Assembly (NCBI GenBank): GCA_963754925.1 | Contig: CAVWHX010000011.1 | Location: 1-64,000, forward strand | Length of the DNA: 64,000 bases | Reading direction: 5' to 3' | Source of the DNA: an uncultured delta proteobacterium | GTDB lineage: Bacteria; Myxococcota; B64-G9 | Shown here: piece after piece, positions 37,570 to 47,306 of the stretch | Layout: every line of letters begins with the position of its first letter | Numbering within the stretch: the stretch's first letter is position 1 | Notes under the pieces: model-generated | Told to the model about the DNA's origin: nothing | Database searches by the model: none | The model's input: the letters and a program-made list of their open reading frames with translations, nothing else | Position numbers and translations under genes: made by a program

Positions 37570-38567
37570 AAAATCTGCCTTCAATGTTGGTTGTGATCAT
37601 GGTTGCCTCCCCGATCATCGCGCGCGCGTATTACCCAACAACCGCAGTAGGGTTCGCGGGTTTGGAAGGGCCAGGCGCCGGACTTGAGACGACCTCACCC
37701 ATGACGCTTCCCGTCAAGAACCTTTACCTGATGCTTAAGGACGAGCATGTGCCCTTCCAGAACTTCCAACTTGCCGAACCCGAAAATATACGTACCTTTG
37801 ACTTCTATACGCTCGCCGTGGGTTACGGCATCACTCCGTATCTCTCCGCGTATATATTCCTGCCCTACAGCGTCAAGATTCAGGAATCCCATGGAACCGC
37901 TTCTGGATTTGGCGATATGAACCTGATGCTGACCTTGGGTTTCAAATATGACGAACGCTTCCTCCTTATCCCCGAAAACGAGACCCTCGACGACTTGATG
38001 GATTGGCATTTCTCGGTAAGCCTATCGTCGACCATTCCGACGGGCAGTACAGCGTGCAAAGACAAAAACAGCGAGTACTTCGAGCCGGAAATGCAGACCG
38101 GGTTCGGATCCATGAGCCCAGCAATCTATCTTGCGGTTATGAAACAGCTCAACGATGACTTCACCTGGTTGGCGGATGTTTCATTCCAGTACTTCCTTGA
38201 ACATACATACCCCTCATCGATCCAGTATCAGTTCGGCGCCGAAACCAGAGTCGATACCTCCCTCCCCTATCGGATTTTGAGTAAAGGCAGTTGGAGGATA
38301 GACCTCATTGTGGAGGCTAACCTTCTCAACATCCAACGAGATACGTCCTCCGAGGAGACGGGTTCCCTGAAGAGCGTGTCCGCTTCGGGAGGCACCATCA
38401 TTTATGGGACCGCCGGTATTCGCGTGTTCTACGACCGTTTTACGGTTGCTATTTGGATAAAAAAGGCGTTGTTTTCCGGTCTCAACGACAAGAAAGAACA
38501 GCAAGGTACCGAAGGGTTGGAGGACTACCGACTGTTTGCGGTTATAGGATATTCTTTCGGCTTGTGA
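37566..38567 (+). CDS. Putative outer-membrane beta-barrel transporter
   Basis: Signal peptide; SGFGD, PTG, QTGFGS motifs; C-terminal GYSF. Confidence 0.65.
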   Translation: MKNLPSMLVVIMVASPIIARAYYPTTAVGFAGLEGPGAGLETTSPMTLPVKNLYLMLKDEHVPFQNFQLAEPENIRTFDFYTLAVGYGITPYLSAYIFLPYSVKIQESHGTASGFGDMNLMLTLGFKYDERFLLIPENETLDDLMDWHFSVSLSSTIPTGSTACKDKNSEYFEPEMQTGFGSMSPAIYLAVMKQLNDDFTWLADVSFQYFLEHTYPSSIQYQFGAETRVDTSLPYRILSKGSWRIDLIVEANLLNIQRDTSSEETGSLKSVSASGGTIIYGTAGIRVFYDRFTVAIWIKKALFSGLNDKKEQQGTEGLEDYRLFAVIGYSFGL

Positions 38568-38615
38568 GGCTCGTATGCACATTCCTGCCCGACTGTTTTC
38601 AGACAACGCTAGGTC

Positions 38616-39455
38616 TCAGGAGACCCATCTGTCTTGAAGTATTTCCCCTTTGAGCCCGACGACGATGCACCGAATCGGCACCTTCCGGATTGATTGCGCG
38701 ACTGCTTGTTGAGCCAATCCCAACAACCCGCGGCAACAGGGCACCTGCATGATCATCACCGTCAAGGTATTGATCTTAGCTACTTCCACCAACGCCTTGA
38801 GCTTCTCAAGGTAACCCTCTTGCCCTTCGTCCAGCTTAGGGCAGGCAATGCCCAATGCTCTACCCTTCAAGTAATCCTTGTGAAAATCCCCCAAGGCAAA
38901 TGCCACACAGTCGGCCGCGAGTAAGACGTCCGCACCCTGGAAATGAGGCGCCGCAGGCGAAAGCAGGTGCATTTGGATGGGCCAGCGCGTGAGTTGCGAG
39001 GGCCGCTTACCAATCAAAGATTGAGCCGCGGTGTTTTCCCGGGCAAATGCCATGGAGCGGGAACCGGGACAGCCGGAAGCGACGGTTCGCACCGCGGGAT
39101 CTTCTGATGGCACCGGCAGACCCTGCTCGCGCAAGTAGGCAACCGCCTGATCATAATATTCATTTTGGCCATGCTCCCTCAGGTGATCGAGGTGGGCCCG
39201 AATGGTGTTGATACCTTTGGGCGCAAGCAACGCCATGACCTTGCGCTCATCATAGGGCTCGGCCTCGCGCTCCTCGATGGTGATAGCTTCTTGCGGGCAC
39301 TCGCCTACGCAGGCGCCCAACCCATCGCAGAGCAGATCGCTTACCAGTCGAGCCTTGCCGTCGATCACCTGCAGGGCTCCTTCAGGACAGCCGGGAATGC
39401 AACCCCCGCAGCCGTCGCATTTTTCTTCGTCTATAGTGATAATCTCGCGCTTCAT
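38616..39455 (-). CDS. 4Fe-4S ferredoxin-domain protein
   Basis: Two ferredoxin Cys clusters; GCPGS; WPIQ; ADC; CPKLD; VPCC. Confidence 0.88.
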   Translation of the reverse strand: MKREIITIDEEKCDGCGGCIPGCPEGALQVIDGKARLVSDLLCDGLGACVGECPQEAITIEEREAEPYDERKVMALLAPKGINTIRAHLDHLREHGQNEYYDQAVAYLREQGLPVPSEDPAVRTVASGCPGSRSMAFARENTAAQSLIGKRPSQLTRWPIQMHLLSPAAPHFQGADVLLAADCVAFALGDFHKDYLKGRALGIACPKLDEGQEGYLEKLKALVEVAKINTLTVMIMQVPCCRGLLGLAQQAVAQSIRKVPIRCIVVGLKGEILQDRWVS

Positions 39456-39650
39456 CAAAAACCTCCTCAACCCGGTAAAACGAAAATGTTGGTCCGTTGT
39501 TGCAGAAACGCAAGAGCAATTCTATCTTAACCAATGTTGAAACACGGCGATCACGTCGTGACGAACCATACCGAGAAAACAGCAAAACCGTCGCACGTCA
39601 GGCTCGTTCGTCTTGACAGCTTCGCCTGAGAATCATATTTTCTTGTGCCC

Positions 39651-40333
39651 ATGAACGAACGCAAAGCGCTCGAACCGTTTCCTTGTCCGAACGTATCGCC
39701 CGGATCGAAGGCAACGCTTTGCTTCGCACCCGTACCTTGGTGGTAGTGCTCGACGGCGTCCACGATCCCCACAACCAAAGCGCCGTGGTGCGTTCGTGCG
39801 ATGGGTTCGGGTTGCTCGAGCTTCATGTGATCGAGAGCCACCAGCGCTTCCGCTGTAACAAAAAAGTTTCCCAAGGAGCTGAAAAATGGCTTGAGATCAC
39901 CCGCCACCACGAGAGCGCATCCTGCGCCGCCGCCCTCACCGGTCGCGGTTTCGAGCTATGGGTCGCCGATCCCAAACCGCCCTCGGTGACGGTCGACCAG
40001 CTCCCCTGGGAACGGCCGCTCGCGCTGGTTTTCGGCAACGAGCATGAGGGGCCATCGGACGCCATGCGCGCCCGTGCAACCGGCTGCTTTCATATTCCGA
40101 TGTTCGGCTTTGTGGAAAGCTTCAACGTCTCGGTGGCGGTAGGAATTGCTTTGGCTGTTGGCGTGCGCGAGCGGGTACGTCGGTGTGAGCGCCACGGAGA
40201 TCTCGCCGACGCGGAACGGCAACAGCTCATTGCAACCTGGGTGCGGCGCTCCGTCCGCCATGCGGACAAGATCCTTTCTCAACTCACGAAGCCTAGCTCC
40301 AAGAAGCACGTACCTCCGGTCGACTCCGCTTAG
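39651..40333 (+). CDS. TrmH/SpoU family RNA methyltransferase (probable 1-bp frameshift near 39680; in-frame ORF 39683..40333)
   Basis: DPHN.SAV.RS.D, FGNE..G, IPM.GFVESFNVSVA; ATG 39651 just after TTGACA-N17-TATTTT is out of frame. Confidence 0.85.
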
Positions 40334-40719
40334 GCTTCACCCACCTGCTCGACCGTCCACTGCTCGTTAACCCACAGCCCGAGGATACGGACCTGCAGGC
40401 CCCATGAATGCACGGTGGCCACCGCCTGACGGACCTGCTCGAGGTGCTTTTCCTTGGCAACGGGATTGCCGGCGCAGTCGGCGTGTCCGACCACCGCGAC
40501 GACCCGGGAGCCATGGGCATTGGTAGATATGAGCACCTTGGCGCGGACACCGTCTCGTTGCTCTCGCGAACCTTCGGCCATCAGCCGGTCGACCCCGGGC
40601 TCGGTGATGGTATCAACAAAATTAAGGCCCAAGCGCTCCTTGAGCCACTTCGCCACCGGTTCCTGAACGCGTCCGTCCATGCAGGTTATCACCGTACCAA
40701 ACGTGCCTTCTTTTGACAT
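40330..40719 (-). CDS. Putative beta-class carbonic anhydrase
   Basis: CMDGR ... H.DCAGNP zinc ligands. Confidence 0.75.
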   Translation of the reverse strand: MSKEGTFGTVITCMDGRVQEPVAKWLKERLGLNFVDTITEPGVDRLMAEGSREQRDGVRAKVLISTNAHGSRVVAVVGHADCAGNPVAKEKHLEQVRQAVATVHSWGLQVRILGLWVNEQWTVEQVGEA

Positions 40720-40873
40720 GCGCCGCTCCTTTGCTGATCGACGATCGAGGGTACTGCTTGTAAAGAATAATGCGCGCGCTGTCAAGAAGTCCTCTTTTTC
40801 CGATTGCAACAAATCTGATTTCTGCTATCCTACGCTGCGTTTTAGCAACGGTACCGTCAGGCAGGGTGTCATA

Positions 40874-41815
40874 GTGAAAGACGACGAGGACGAACTCCTT
40901 TCGTGGCCGGAAGACGACTATCACGAACACGATACCACGCTCATCAAGGGCGTTGAAAACATCGCCACGGCCCAAAGCAACCGCCAGGCCTACTTCATGG
41001 TCATTTCGGGTCCGGCGGTGGGAAGGATGTTCCTTGTCTCTGGCGAGGCTATGACCATTGGCCGTTCAAAGGATTGCGATATTTCGCTCGACGATGAGGG
41101 CATCTCCCGTAAACATGCCCAAATCGATCATGACGAATACCGCAACTTTGTCATCACCGACCTCAACAGTACCAATGGCACCTACTTCAACGGCGTGCAT
41201 GTCACCCGACACCATTTGCAGGACGGCGATAAAATCCAACTCGGTTCTACGACCATACTGAAGTTCAGCTTCCAAGACTCACTCGATGCAAATTTCCAGG
41301 AACAACAATACCACCAAGCCACCCGCGACGGACTAACTCAAATCTATAATAAGAAATTTTTCATGGAACATTTTATCCATCAGTTCAGCTTCGCCCTGCG
41401 TCACAACGAGATCACCAGCCTGATAATGTTCGATGTCGACAAGTTCAAGGCGATCAACGACACCTACGGCCATCCCGCCGGGGATATGGTCCTCCGCAAA
41501 CTGGCTCAGATTGTAAGCAATCAGATGAGAACCGAAGATCTTTTTGCCCGTTTTGGAGGAGAAGAATTTGTTATCGTCCTCAGAGATCTCGATGCGCAGC
41601 GGGCACATGTTTTAGCCGAACGCATACGCCGGATGATCGAAGTCACCAATTTCAACTGGGGGGACACCTCGATATCAGTTACCATCTCGCTCGGGGTTGC
41701 CACGTTGTCATCTGCAAACTTCAGGTCCGCCTCAGAGATGATAGAAGCGGCCGACGACTTTCTTTACAAAGCCAAACGCGAAGGCCGCAACCGCGTCGCC
41801 AGTGTTGTCCGGTAA
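40874..41815 (+). CDS. FHA-GGDEF diguanylate cyclase
   Basis: IGR, SRKHA, STNGT (FHA); RFGGEEF. Confidence 0.92.
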   Translation: MKDDEDELLSWPEDDYHEHDTTLIKGVENIATAQSNRQAYFMVISGPAVGRMFLVSGEAMTIGRSKDCDISLDDEGISRKHAQIDHDEYRNFVITDLNSTNGTYFNGVHVTRHHLQDGDKIQLGSTTILKFSFQDSLDANFQEQQYHQATRDGLTQIYNKKFFMEHFIHQFSFALRHNEITSLIMFDVDKFKAINDTYGHPAGDMVLRKLAQIVSNQMRTEDLFARFGGEEFVIVLRDLDAQRAHVLAERIRRMIEVTNFNWGDTSISVTISLGVATLSSANFRSASEMIEAADDFLYKAKREGRNRVASVVR

Positions 41816-41828
41816 CTGAACCCGTCCT

Positions 41829-41941
41829 CCATCCTGGGGTTGAAACCCCACAATACTCCCCATCCTGGGTTTGAAACCCCAGGCTATATTCCTTCGCCTG
41901 CTTCGCAGCGGGGGGGTGTAGCCTGGGATTTCAATCCCAGG
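41829..41941. repeat. REP-like cluster (CCTGGG-TTGAAA-CCCAGG type) between convergent genes
   Basis: Two direct copies (41829-50, 41860-86) and one inverted copy (41919-41). Confidence 0.75.
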
Positions 41942-41946
41942 TACCG

Positions 41947-44043
41947 TTAATTCGCTAGATGTGTGGAGATAATCTCGGCGACGTCGTAAACTTTGTGGTT
42001 CTCTTCCTGATTGCGGGCCTTGAGGCCGTCGCTTATCATAGTCAGACAGAACGGACAGGCCACCGACAGATTCTTTGCGCCCGTCGCGAGGAGCTGATCG
42101 GTGCGCTCTTCGTTAATGCGTTTGCCAAGATGCTCTTCCATCCACATTCTGCCCCCACCGGCCCCACAGCAGAAGCCCTTCCGCTTCTTTCGAGAGGCTT
42201 CCCGAAGCTCGAGTCCGGGAACGGCCTTCAAAACCCGACGCGGGGCGGCATAAATGTCATTGTAACGTCCCAGGTAGCAGGAGTCGTGGAAGGCCACCGA
42301 ACCGATTCCATTGCTCTTGATCTTGAGCCGGCCATCGGCGAGAAGGCCGGCGATGTACTCAGTGTGATGGTACACCTCGAAGTTCCCGCCAAAGGTCGGA
42401 TACTCGTTTTTCAGGCAGTTATAGCCGTGGGGACAGGTCGTAACGATCTTCTTAACCTTGTAGCCCTTGAGGGTTTCTATATTCCCGGTGATCAACGTCT
42501 GGGCAAGCAACTCGTTCCCTGTTCGCCGAGCGGTTTCGCCGCAACACTTCTCCTCGGTGCCGAGCACTCTGAACTTAACGTTTGCCGCTTGCAGGATCTT
42601 AATAAAAGCCTTGGTGACTTTAATCGCGCGATCGTCAAACGATCCGTGGCACCCTACCCAGAACAGAATTTCATGCTCGGGGTCATCGGAGAGTTGCTTG
42701 ATATCCATACCCTGCGCCCAGTCAAACCGCTTGTTGCTGCCAAACGCCAAGTAGTTGCCGTTGTTCTCGAGGCCTTTGAAAACCTTGACAACTTCTTGCG
42801 GGAAGGAACTTTCCATCATGGTGAGGTATTGGCGCATGCCGACGATGGCATCGAGGTGCTCGATCCCCATCGGGCAGTTCGCTTCACAGGCCCGGCAGGT
42901 TGTGCACGACCACAGAACATCGCCGGTGATAACATCGCCATGGATGTTCTTGACGCCCGCGGCTGCGGCTTCACTCGAAGCATTCTCGCCCGCGGCCTGC
43001 GCGTGCTCCCCGCCGTTTCCCTTGGCGGCTGCCGCAGCGTTACGCTTGAGGGCATAGACTTCCTCCATTTGCTTCTTAATGTCCTGGATGACCTTTTTGG
43101 GGTTGAGCGGTTTTTCGGTCAGCTTAGCCGGGCAGTTCTCCTGGCAGCGGCCGCACCGAATGCACGCGTCGGCATCGAGCAACTGCTTCCAGGTAAAATC
43201 CTCGAGCTTGGCGAGCCCGAAACTCTCGGCATTTTCATCCTCCACGTTGAGTTTGTTGATGATGCCGCGGTGTTTGGAGCTTCTGAAAAACAGGTTGGTC
43301 ATACCGGCGAAGATGTGCCACAACTTCGAAAACGGCAGGTAGGCGACCCAGAACATTACCAGGAACAGGTGCGTCCACCAGGTAACCATATGCACCGACG
43401 CCAGCGTTTCTTTGTTGGCGTTCCAAAACAACTGGGCCGTGAGGTATGACAAAAATGAATAGGGCGCCCACCAGGGTTGGTCGTGTGCCAACCGGAGCGC
43501 TTGGAGGAAATGGCCGGTCAGCAGGATCACGGCTATGAGCGCTAGGGCAAAAAAATCGTCGCCGTCATTATCGAGGTAGGCCGATTTGACGACATAACGG
43601 CGGATAAAGGCAAAGAATACCCCGCCGATGGCAGCCAGTCCGAACACGTTGAGAACGATGGTGAATCCCCAGTAGAAGTAACTCGGCGTACTGAGAACCG
43701 GAAGCCCCAAGTCCGCTTCAAGCACCACGATGCAGGTCCCGATGAACAACACCACGAATCCAAAAAAAAGCATCGCATGAATCGCACCGGGAATGAGCTC
43801 GCGCAAGACCAAACGCTGCAGAAAGGTATCCCACCCCATCCAGAAGGCGCGACCGACAACTCCATCGAATCGATTTTCGGGTTTACCCTGCAACCACATC
43901 TTGACCCGGTGATAAACCCCGTAACTGAAAACTGAAACTGCCGCGACCACGAAAAGATAGAGAATCAAATGCCCGTGGATGTTCCAGTAAACTTGACGAG
44001 AAGGCAGCGGGAGCGTTTGACTCAGGAGCGCGTCTAGAAGCAT
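41947..44043 (-). CDS. Membrane Fe-S oxidoreductase (FadF/HdrF-like, CCG domains)
   Basis: TM block; CIRCGRC, CTTCRAC; two CCG motifs. Confidence 0.88.
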   Translation of the reverse strand: MLLDALLSQTLPLPSRQVYWNIHGHLILYLFVVAAVSVFSYGVYHRVKMWLQGKPENRFDGVVGRAFWMGWDTFLQRLVLRELIPGAIHAMLFFGFVVLFIGTCIVVLEADLGLPVLSTPSYFYWGFTIVLNVFGLAAIGGVFFAFIRRYVVKSAYLDNDGDDFFALALIAVILLTGHFLQALRLAHDQPWWAPYSFLSYLTAQLFWNANKETLASVHMVTWWTHLFLVMFWVAYLPFSKLWHIFAGMTNLFFRSSKHRGIINKLNVEDENAESFGLAKLEDFTWKQLLDADACIRCGRCQENCPAKLTEKPLNPKKVIQDIKKQMEEVYALKRNAAAAAKGNGGEHAQAAGENASSEAAAAGVKNIHGDVITGDVLWSCTTCRACEANCPMGIEHLDAIVGMRQYLTMMESSFPQEVVKVFKGLENNGNYLAFGSNKRFDWAQGMDIKQLSDDPEHEILFWVGCHGSFDDRAIKVTKAFIKILQAANVKFRVLGTEEKCCGETARRTGNELLAQTLITGNIETLKGYKVKKIVTTCPHGYNCLKNEYPTFGGNFEVYHHTEYIAGLLADGRLKIKSNGIGSVAFHDSCYLGRYNDIYAAPRRVLKAVPGLELREASRKKRKGFCCGAGGGRMWMEEHLGKRINEERTDQLLATGAKNLSVACPFCLTMISDGLKARNQEENHKVYDVAEIISTHLAN

Positions 44044-44112
44044 TTCGTCACCCTCCACGTAATAAGAGGAAAAAGAACCGGGTTCAAACACGTTTCGACC
44101 ATAACCGGAGAT

Positions 44113-44130
44113 GTTGATATCTCAGTCAAC
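44113..44130. promoter_or_regulatory. Palindromic operator upstream of the fadF-like gene
   Basis: GTTGA-TATCTCAG-TCAAC (TGAY-N6-GTCA). Confidence 0.4.
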
Positions 44131-44207
44131 TTTCACTGTCAAGCAGAAAAGGTCTCCCCAACAGTGTTTGACACTACCTGGTTGTCCTGTGGTAAAGGTC
44201 TTTCATC

Positions 44208-45257
44208 ATGATCAATTTAGCAATCAACGACCACTTTAAGGACACCAGAATGAGCCGTTCGACTTCAAGCAGCAACGTCACCAGCGAAGAGCTCAAGGCT
44301 ATGGTCGGCAAGCGTACCCTGGACCAACCGGTCCTCGATATGTCCCCGTATATTGATCGCCTGGTGCAGACCTATGGCGACAGAATACTCGGCATCTTTA
44401 TGTATGGTTCGATGCTCTCCGAAGTGACCAAATCGTCTACCTCGTTTCCGGATTTTTTCGTCGTTACCGACAGCTACCACAACGTGTTTCGAAAGCTCAG
44501 TCATCGGATACTCGCCTACCCGCTCCCTCCGCATATCTATCACCTGCGCCTGAATGAGGCCGATCGCTGTAAGTATAACCTCCTCGCTCTGCGGCGATTT
44601 CAACGCGAAACATCCAAGCGCGCCGCGGATGTGTATATTTTCGGCCGGTTTGGCAAACGCGTTTCACTCCTGTACGCCCGCGATGAAAAAGCTCAAAAAG
44701 ACCTCATCAATTGCTGCTTCTGTGCCATGCGCACGGTCGCTTGGTGGAGCGCGCGCGGAATTGGTGACGAACCGTTTGATGAAACGCAATTCACGCTCGC
44801 GTGTTTGAACCTTTCCTATGCCGGTGAGACCCGGGTGGAAGCTACCTCTAAGGTCCCTAAACTATTTGCCTCTGAACAAAGTTTTTATATGCGGATCTAT
44901 CCAGCGTTATTGCGAGAACTCGTTGCAACCACCCGTTGGGTGCGGTTACGCCCCGACGGACGTTACGAGCTTTACGGCAGCAGCGTCGCCCGCCGGCTGC
45001 GAAACGCGAGGTTCCAGTGGTTTCTCAAGCTCAGCCGAATCCGCGGGATCCTTCGTTGGCCGAAGTTCCTGGTGACCGTTGACGAATGGGTGGACATCAT
45101 TTTAGCAAAGATCGAACGCACCAAAGGCATAAAACTCGATCCAACTCCGGCCGCGCGCCGTCATCCCCTGATCTTCGGCTGGCCGTACCTCTTTCGCCTT
45201 ATCCGCGCGAAAGCGATTGGATCTTCGAAAACACTTCCAGAAAAACAGTTCAAATAG
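44208..45257 (+). CDS. Tam41/Mmp37-like nucleotidyltransferase (putative phosphatidate cytidylyltransferase)
   Basis: MYGS..., PDFFVVTD, KY, YIFGRFGKRV, LSYAGETR motifs in Tam41-like order. Confidence 0.6.
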   Translation: MINLAINDHFKDTRMSRSTSSSNVTSEELKAMVGKRTLDQPVLDMSPYIDRLVQTYGDRILGIFMYGSMLSEVTKSSTSFPDFFVVTDSYHNVFRKLSHRILAYPLPPHIYHLRLNEADRCKYNLLALRRFQRETSKRAADVYIFGRFGKRVSLLYARDEKAQKDLINCCFCAMRTVAWWSARGIGDEPFDETQFTLACLNLSYAGETRVEATSKVPKLFASEQSFYMRIYPALLRELVATTRWVRLRPDGRYELYGSSVARRLRNARFQWFLKLSRIRGILRWPKFLVTVDEWVDIILAKIERTKGIKLDPTPAARRHPLIFGWPYLFRLIRAKAIGSSKTLPEKQFK

Positions 45258-45315
45258 CTAAAACCCCCTTCGAGCACCGAGAGCAATCGAAGAAATTGCT
45301 TGAGCTAATATTTCT

Positions 45316-45359
45316 ATTGACTCATTTGTCAATGACGTCCTATATTGACAGTGTGTCAG
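45316..45359. promoter_or_regulatory. Tandem palindromic operators upstream of the acyl-CoA dehydrogenase
   Basis: ATTGAC-TCATTT-GTCAAT (45316-33); TGACA-GTG-TGTCA (45346-58). Confidence 0.45.
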
Positions 45360-45399
45360 ATTAAAAATCATTCACACCGGTTTTGCCGAGGAGGTCCCG

Positions 45400-47244
45400 A
45401 TGAGTCCCTTTGCCGTTGACAAACGCGACATACAGTTTTGTTTGTATGAGTACCTCAACATCGAGCAACTATTAACTTTTCCAGCCTATTCAGAGTTTAG
45501 CCGTGACGTATTCGACTCGGTGCTCGACGAGGCCATCAGGTTCGCAGCCGGAAAAATCGCCCCGCTCAATATCATTATGGATAGGGAAGGTCTCAAGTTT
45601 GACAAGGGCAACGTCTCCCTCACCCGCGGGTATAAGGAAGTTTATAAATCCTTCTGCGAAGGCGGTTGGGTGGGGATATCCGCTCCTCCCGAACACGGTG
45701 GGCAAGGAATGCCGGCAGTGATATCCACAGCAGTCGGAGAGATCCATACCTCGGCTTCCGTCGCGTATACCATGCTGCCGGGTCTGACTCGCTCGGCGGG
45801 CCATGTAATAGAATCCTACGGCACCGACGAACAAAAGAAAATGTATTGCGAGAAGCTCTGCAGCGGTGTGTGGGGCGGCACGATGTGCCTGACCGAGTCC
45901 AGCGCCGGCTCGGCGGCCGGAGACGCCAAGACCAAGGCCAAACGCAACGGCGATCACTACCTCATCGAGGGCGAGAAGATTTTCATCACCGCCGGCGATC
46001 ACGATGCCACCGAGAATATCGTTCACCTGGTGTTGGCCCGCATCGAGGGCGCTCCGCGCGGGATGAAGGGCATCAGCCTGTTCATCGTCCCGAAATTCCT
46101 GGTCAACCAGAACGGCTCCCGGGGCGCCTTTAACAATGTCGCGTGCGGCAATATCGAACACAAGATGGGCATCCATGGTTCGCCGACGTGTACGATGGTT
46201 TTCGGAGCGGACGGTCCCTGCAAGGGTTGGGTGATCGGCGAGGAAAACGCTGGCATCAAATATATGTTCATGATGATGAACGAGGCCCGCATCGGCGTCG
46301 GCCTTCAAGGCGCGGCCGCCGCGACCGCATCGTACTTGGAGGCCGTGCAGTACGCCAGAGAACGCATCCAAGGCGTTGAAGCCGCGCAGATGAAAAATGT
46401 TGACGCTCCGCGCGTGCCGATCATCAACCACCCCGATGTCAAACGCATGCTCCTCACCATGAAGGCCTTTACAGAAGGGTTTCGGGCGCTGCTCTATTCC
46501 ACCACGATGAGTATGGATATCTCCTTCACGCACCCGGATGCGGCTGAGCGAGAGAAACACGCAGACCTGACGTCATTGCTCACCCCGGTCTGCAAGGCGT
46601 TCTGTTCGGACATGGGCTTCCGCATGACTGAGATCGGGATGCAGGTATTCGGCGGGTACGGATACACGCGTGAATACCCCCAAGAGCAGTATTGCCGCGA
46701 TGCAAAGATTGCCTCGATTTACGAAGGCACCAACGGTATTCAGGCGCTCGATTTGCTGGGCCGAAAAATGCGGGAGAAGGGCGGCATGGTCTTCATGCGC
46801 TTTTTGTCGATGGTCAACGAGCTCATCGACGCCCAACGCAATCACGCAGGCTTAGGAACGTACGTACAAAGCCTCGAAAAAGCGCGCGACGAGCTCATCA
46901 GCGTCATGACGCACCTGCAGCAGGTCGGCATGGGCGGCGATATCAACGGCTTTGTGCTCCAGGCAACTCCGTTGATGGATCTGTTCGGCACGTTCGTCGT
47001 CGCCTATTATTTGATAGGTCAAGCGGTGGTGGCCGACCGTCGTCTGTCTGAGATTGCAGCGTCGAAGGGCGCAACCACTCCCGATGCGCAGAAGAAACTT
47101 ATCGGCGAAAATTCCGAAGCGCGTTTCTACGCCAACAAGCTCCACAGCATGAAGTTTTATGTGGATTCCTGCCTGCCCCATGTCTATTCGGTCGGTACGG
47201 CGATTAAAAACGCCAACCGCAGTCCGCTGGAGATAGTATTTTAG
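45400..47244 (+). CDS. Acyl-CoA dehydrogenase (long type with C-terminal extension)
   Basis: MCLTE..AGS, KIFIT, EHKMGI, QVFGGYGY, IYEGTNGIQA. Confidence 0.95.
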   Translation: MSPFAVDKRDIQFCLYEYLNIEQLLTFPAYSEFSRDVFDSVLDEAIRFAAGKIAPLNIIMDREGLKFDKGNVSLTRGYKEVYKSFCEGGWVGISAPPEHGGQGMPAVISTAVGEIHTSASVAYTMLPGLTRSAGHVIESYGTDEQKKMYCEKLCSGVWGGTMCLTESSAGSAAGDAKTKAKRNGDHYLIEGEKIFITAGDHDATENIVHLVLARIEGAPRGMKGISLFIVPKFLVNQNGSRGAFNNVACGNIEHKMGIHGSPTCTMVFGADGPCKGWVIGEENAGIKYMFMMMNEARIGVGLQGAAAATASYLEAVQYARERIQGVEAAQMKNVDAPRVPIINHPDVKRMLLTMKAFTEGFRALLYSTTMSMDISFTHPDAAEREKHADLTSLLTPVCKAFCSDMGFRMTEIGMQVFGGYGYTREYPQEQYCRDAKIASIYEGTNGIQALDLLGRKMREKGGMVFMRFLSMVNELIDAQRNHAGLGTYVQSLEKARDELISVMTHLQQVGMGGDINGFVLQATPLMDLFGTFVVAYYLIGQAVVADRRLSEIAASKGATTPDAQKKLIGENSEARFYANKLHSMKFYVDSCLPHVYSVGTAIKNANRSPLEIVF

Positions 47245-47292
47245 AGGCTGTTACGACCGAAGGGAGTTACAGCCTCTTACCCCCGAAGGGGG
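47243..47292. repeat. Short hairpin repeat (AGAGGCTGT...ACAGCCTCT plus CCCCGAAGGGG)
   Basis: Inverted copy at 54559-54660; flanked by direct repeat GAGATAGTAT (47230-39, 47296-305). Confidence 0.7.
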
Positions 47293-47306
47293 CTAGAGAT
47301 AGTATC

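Noticed and set aside
41829..41941. Short repeats considered as a CRISPR array
   Set aside because: Only 2-3 copies, one inverted, no regular spacers, no cas genes
41959..43449. 496-aa plus-strand ORF
   Set aside because: Antisense shadow of the Fe-S oxidoreductase; no motifs
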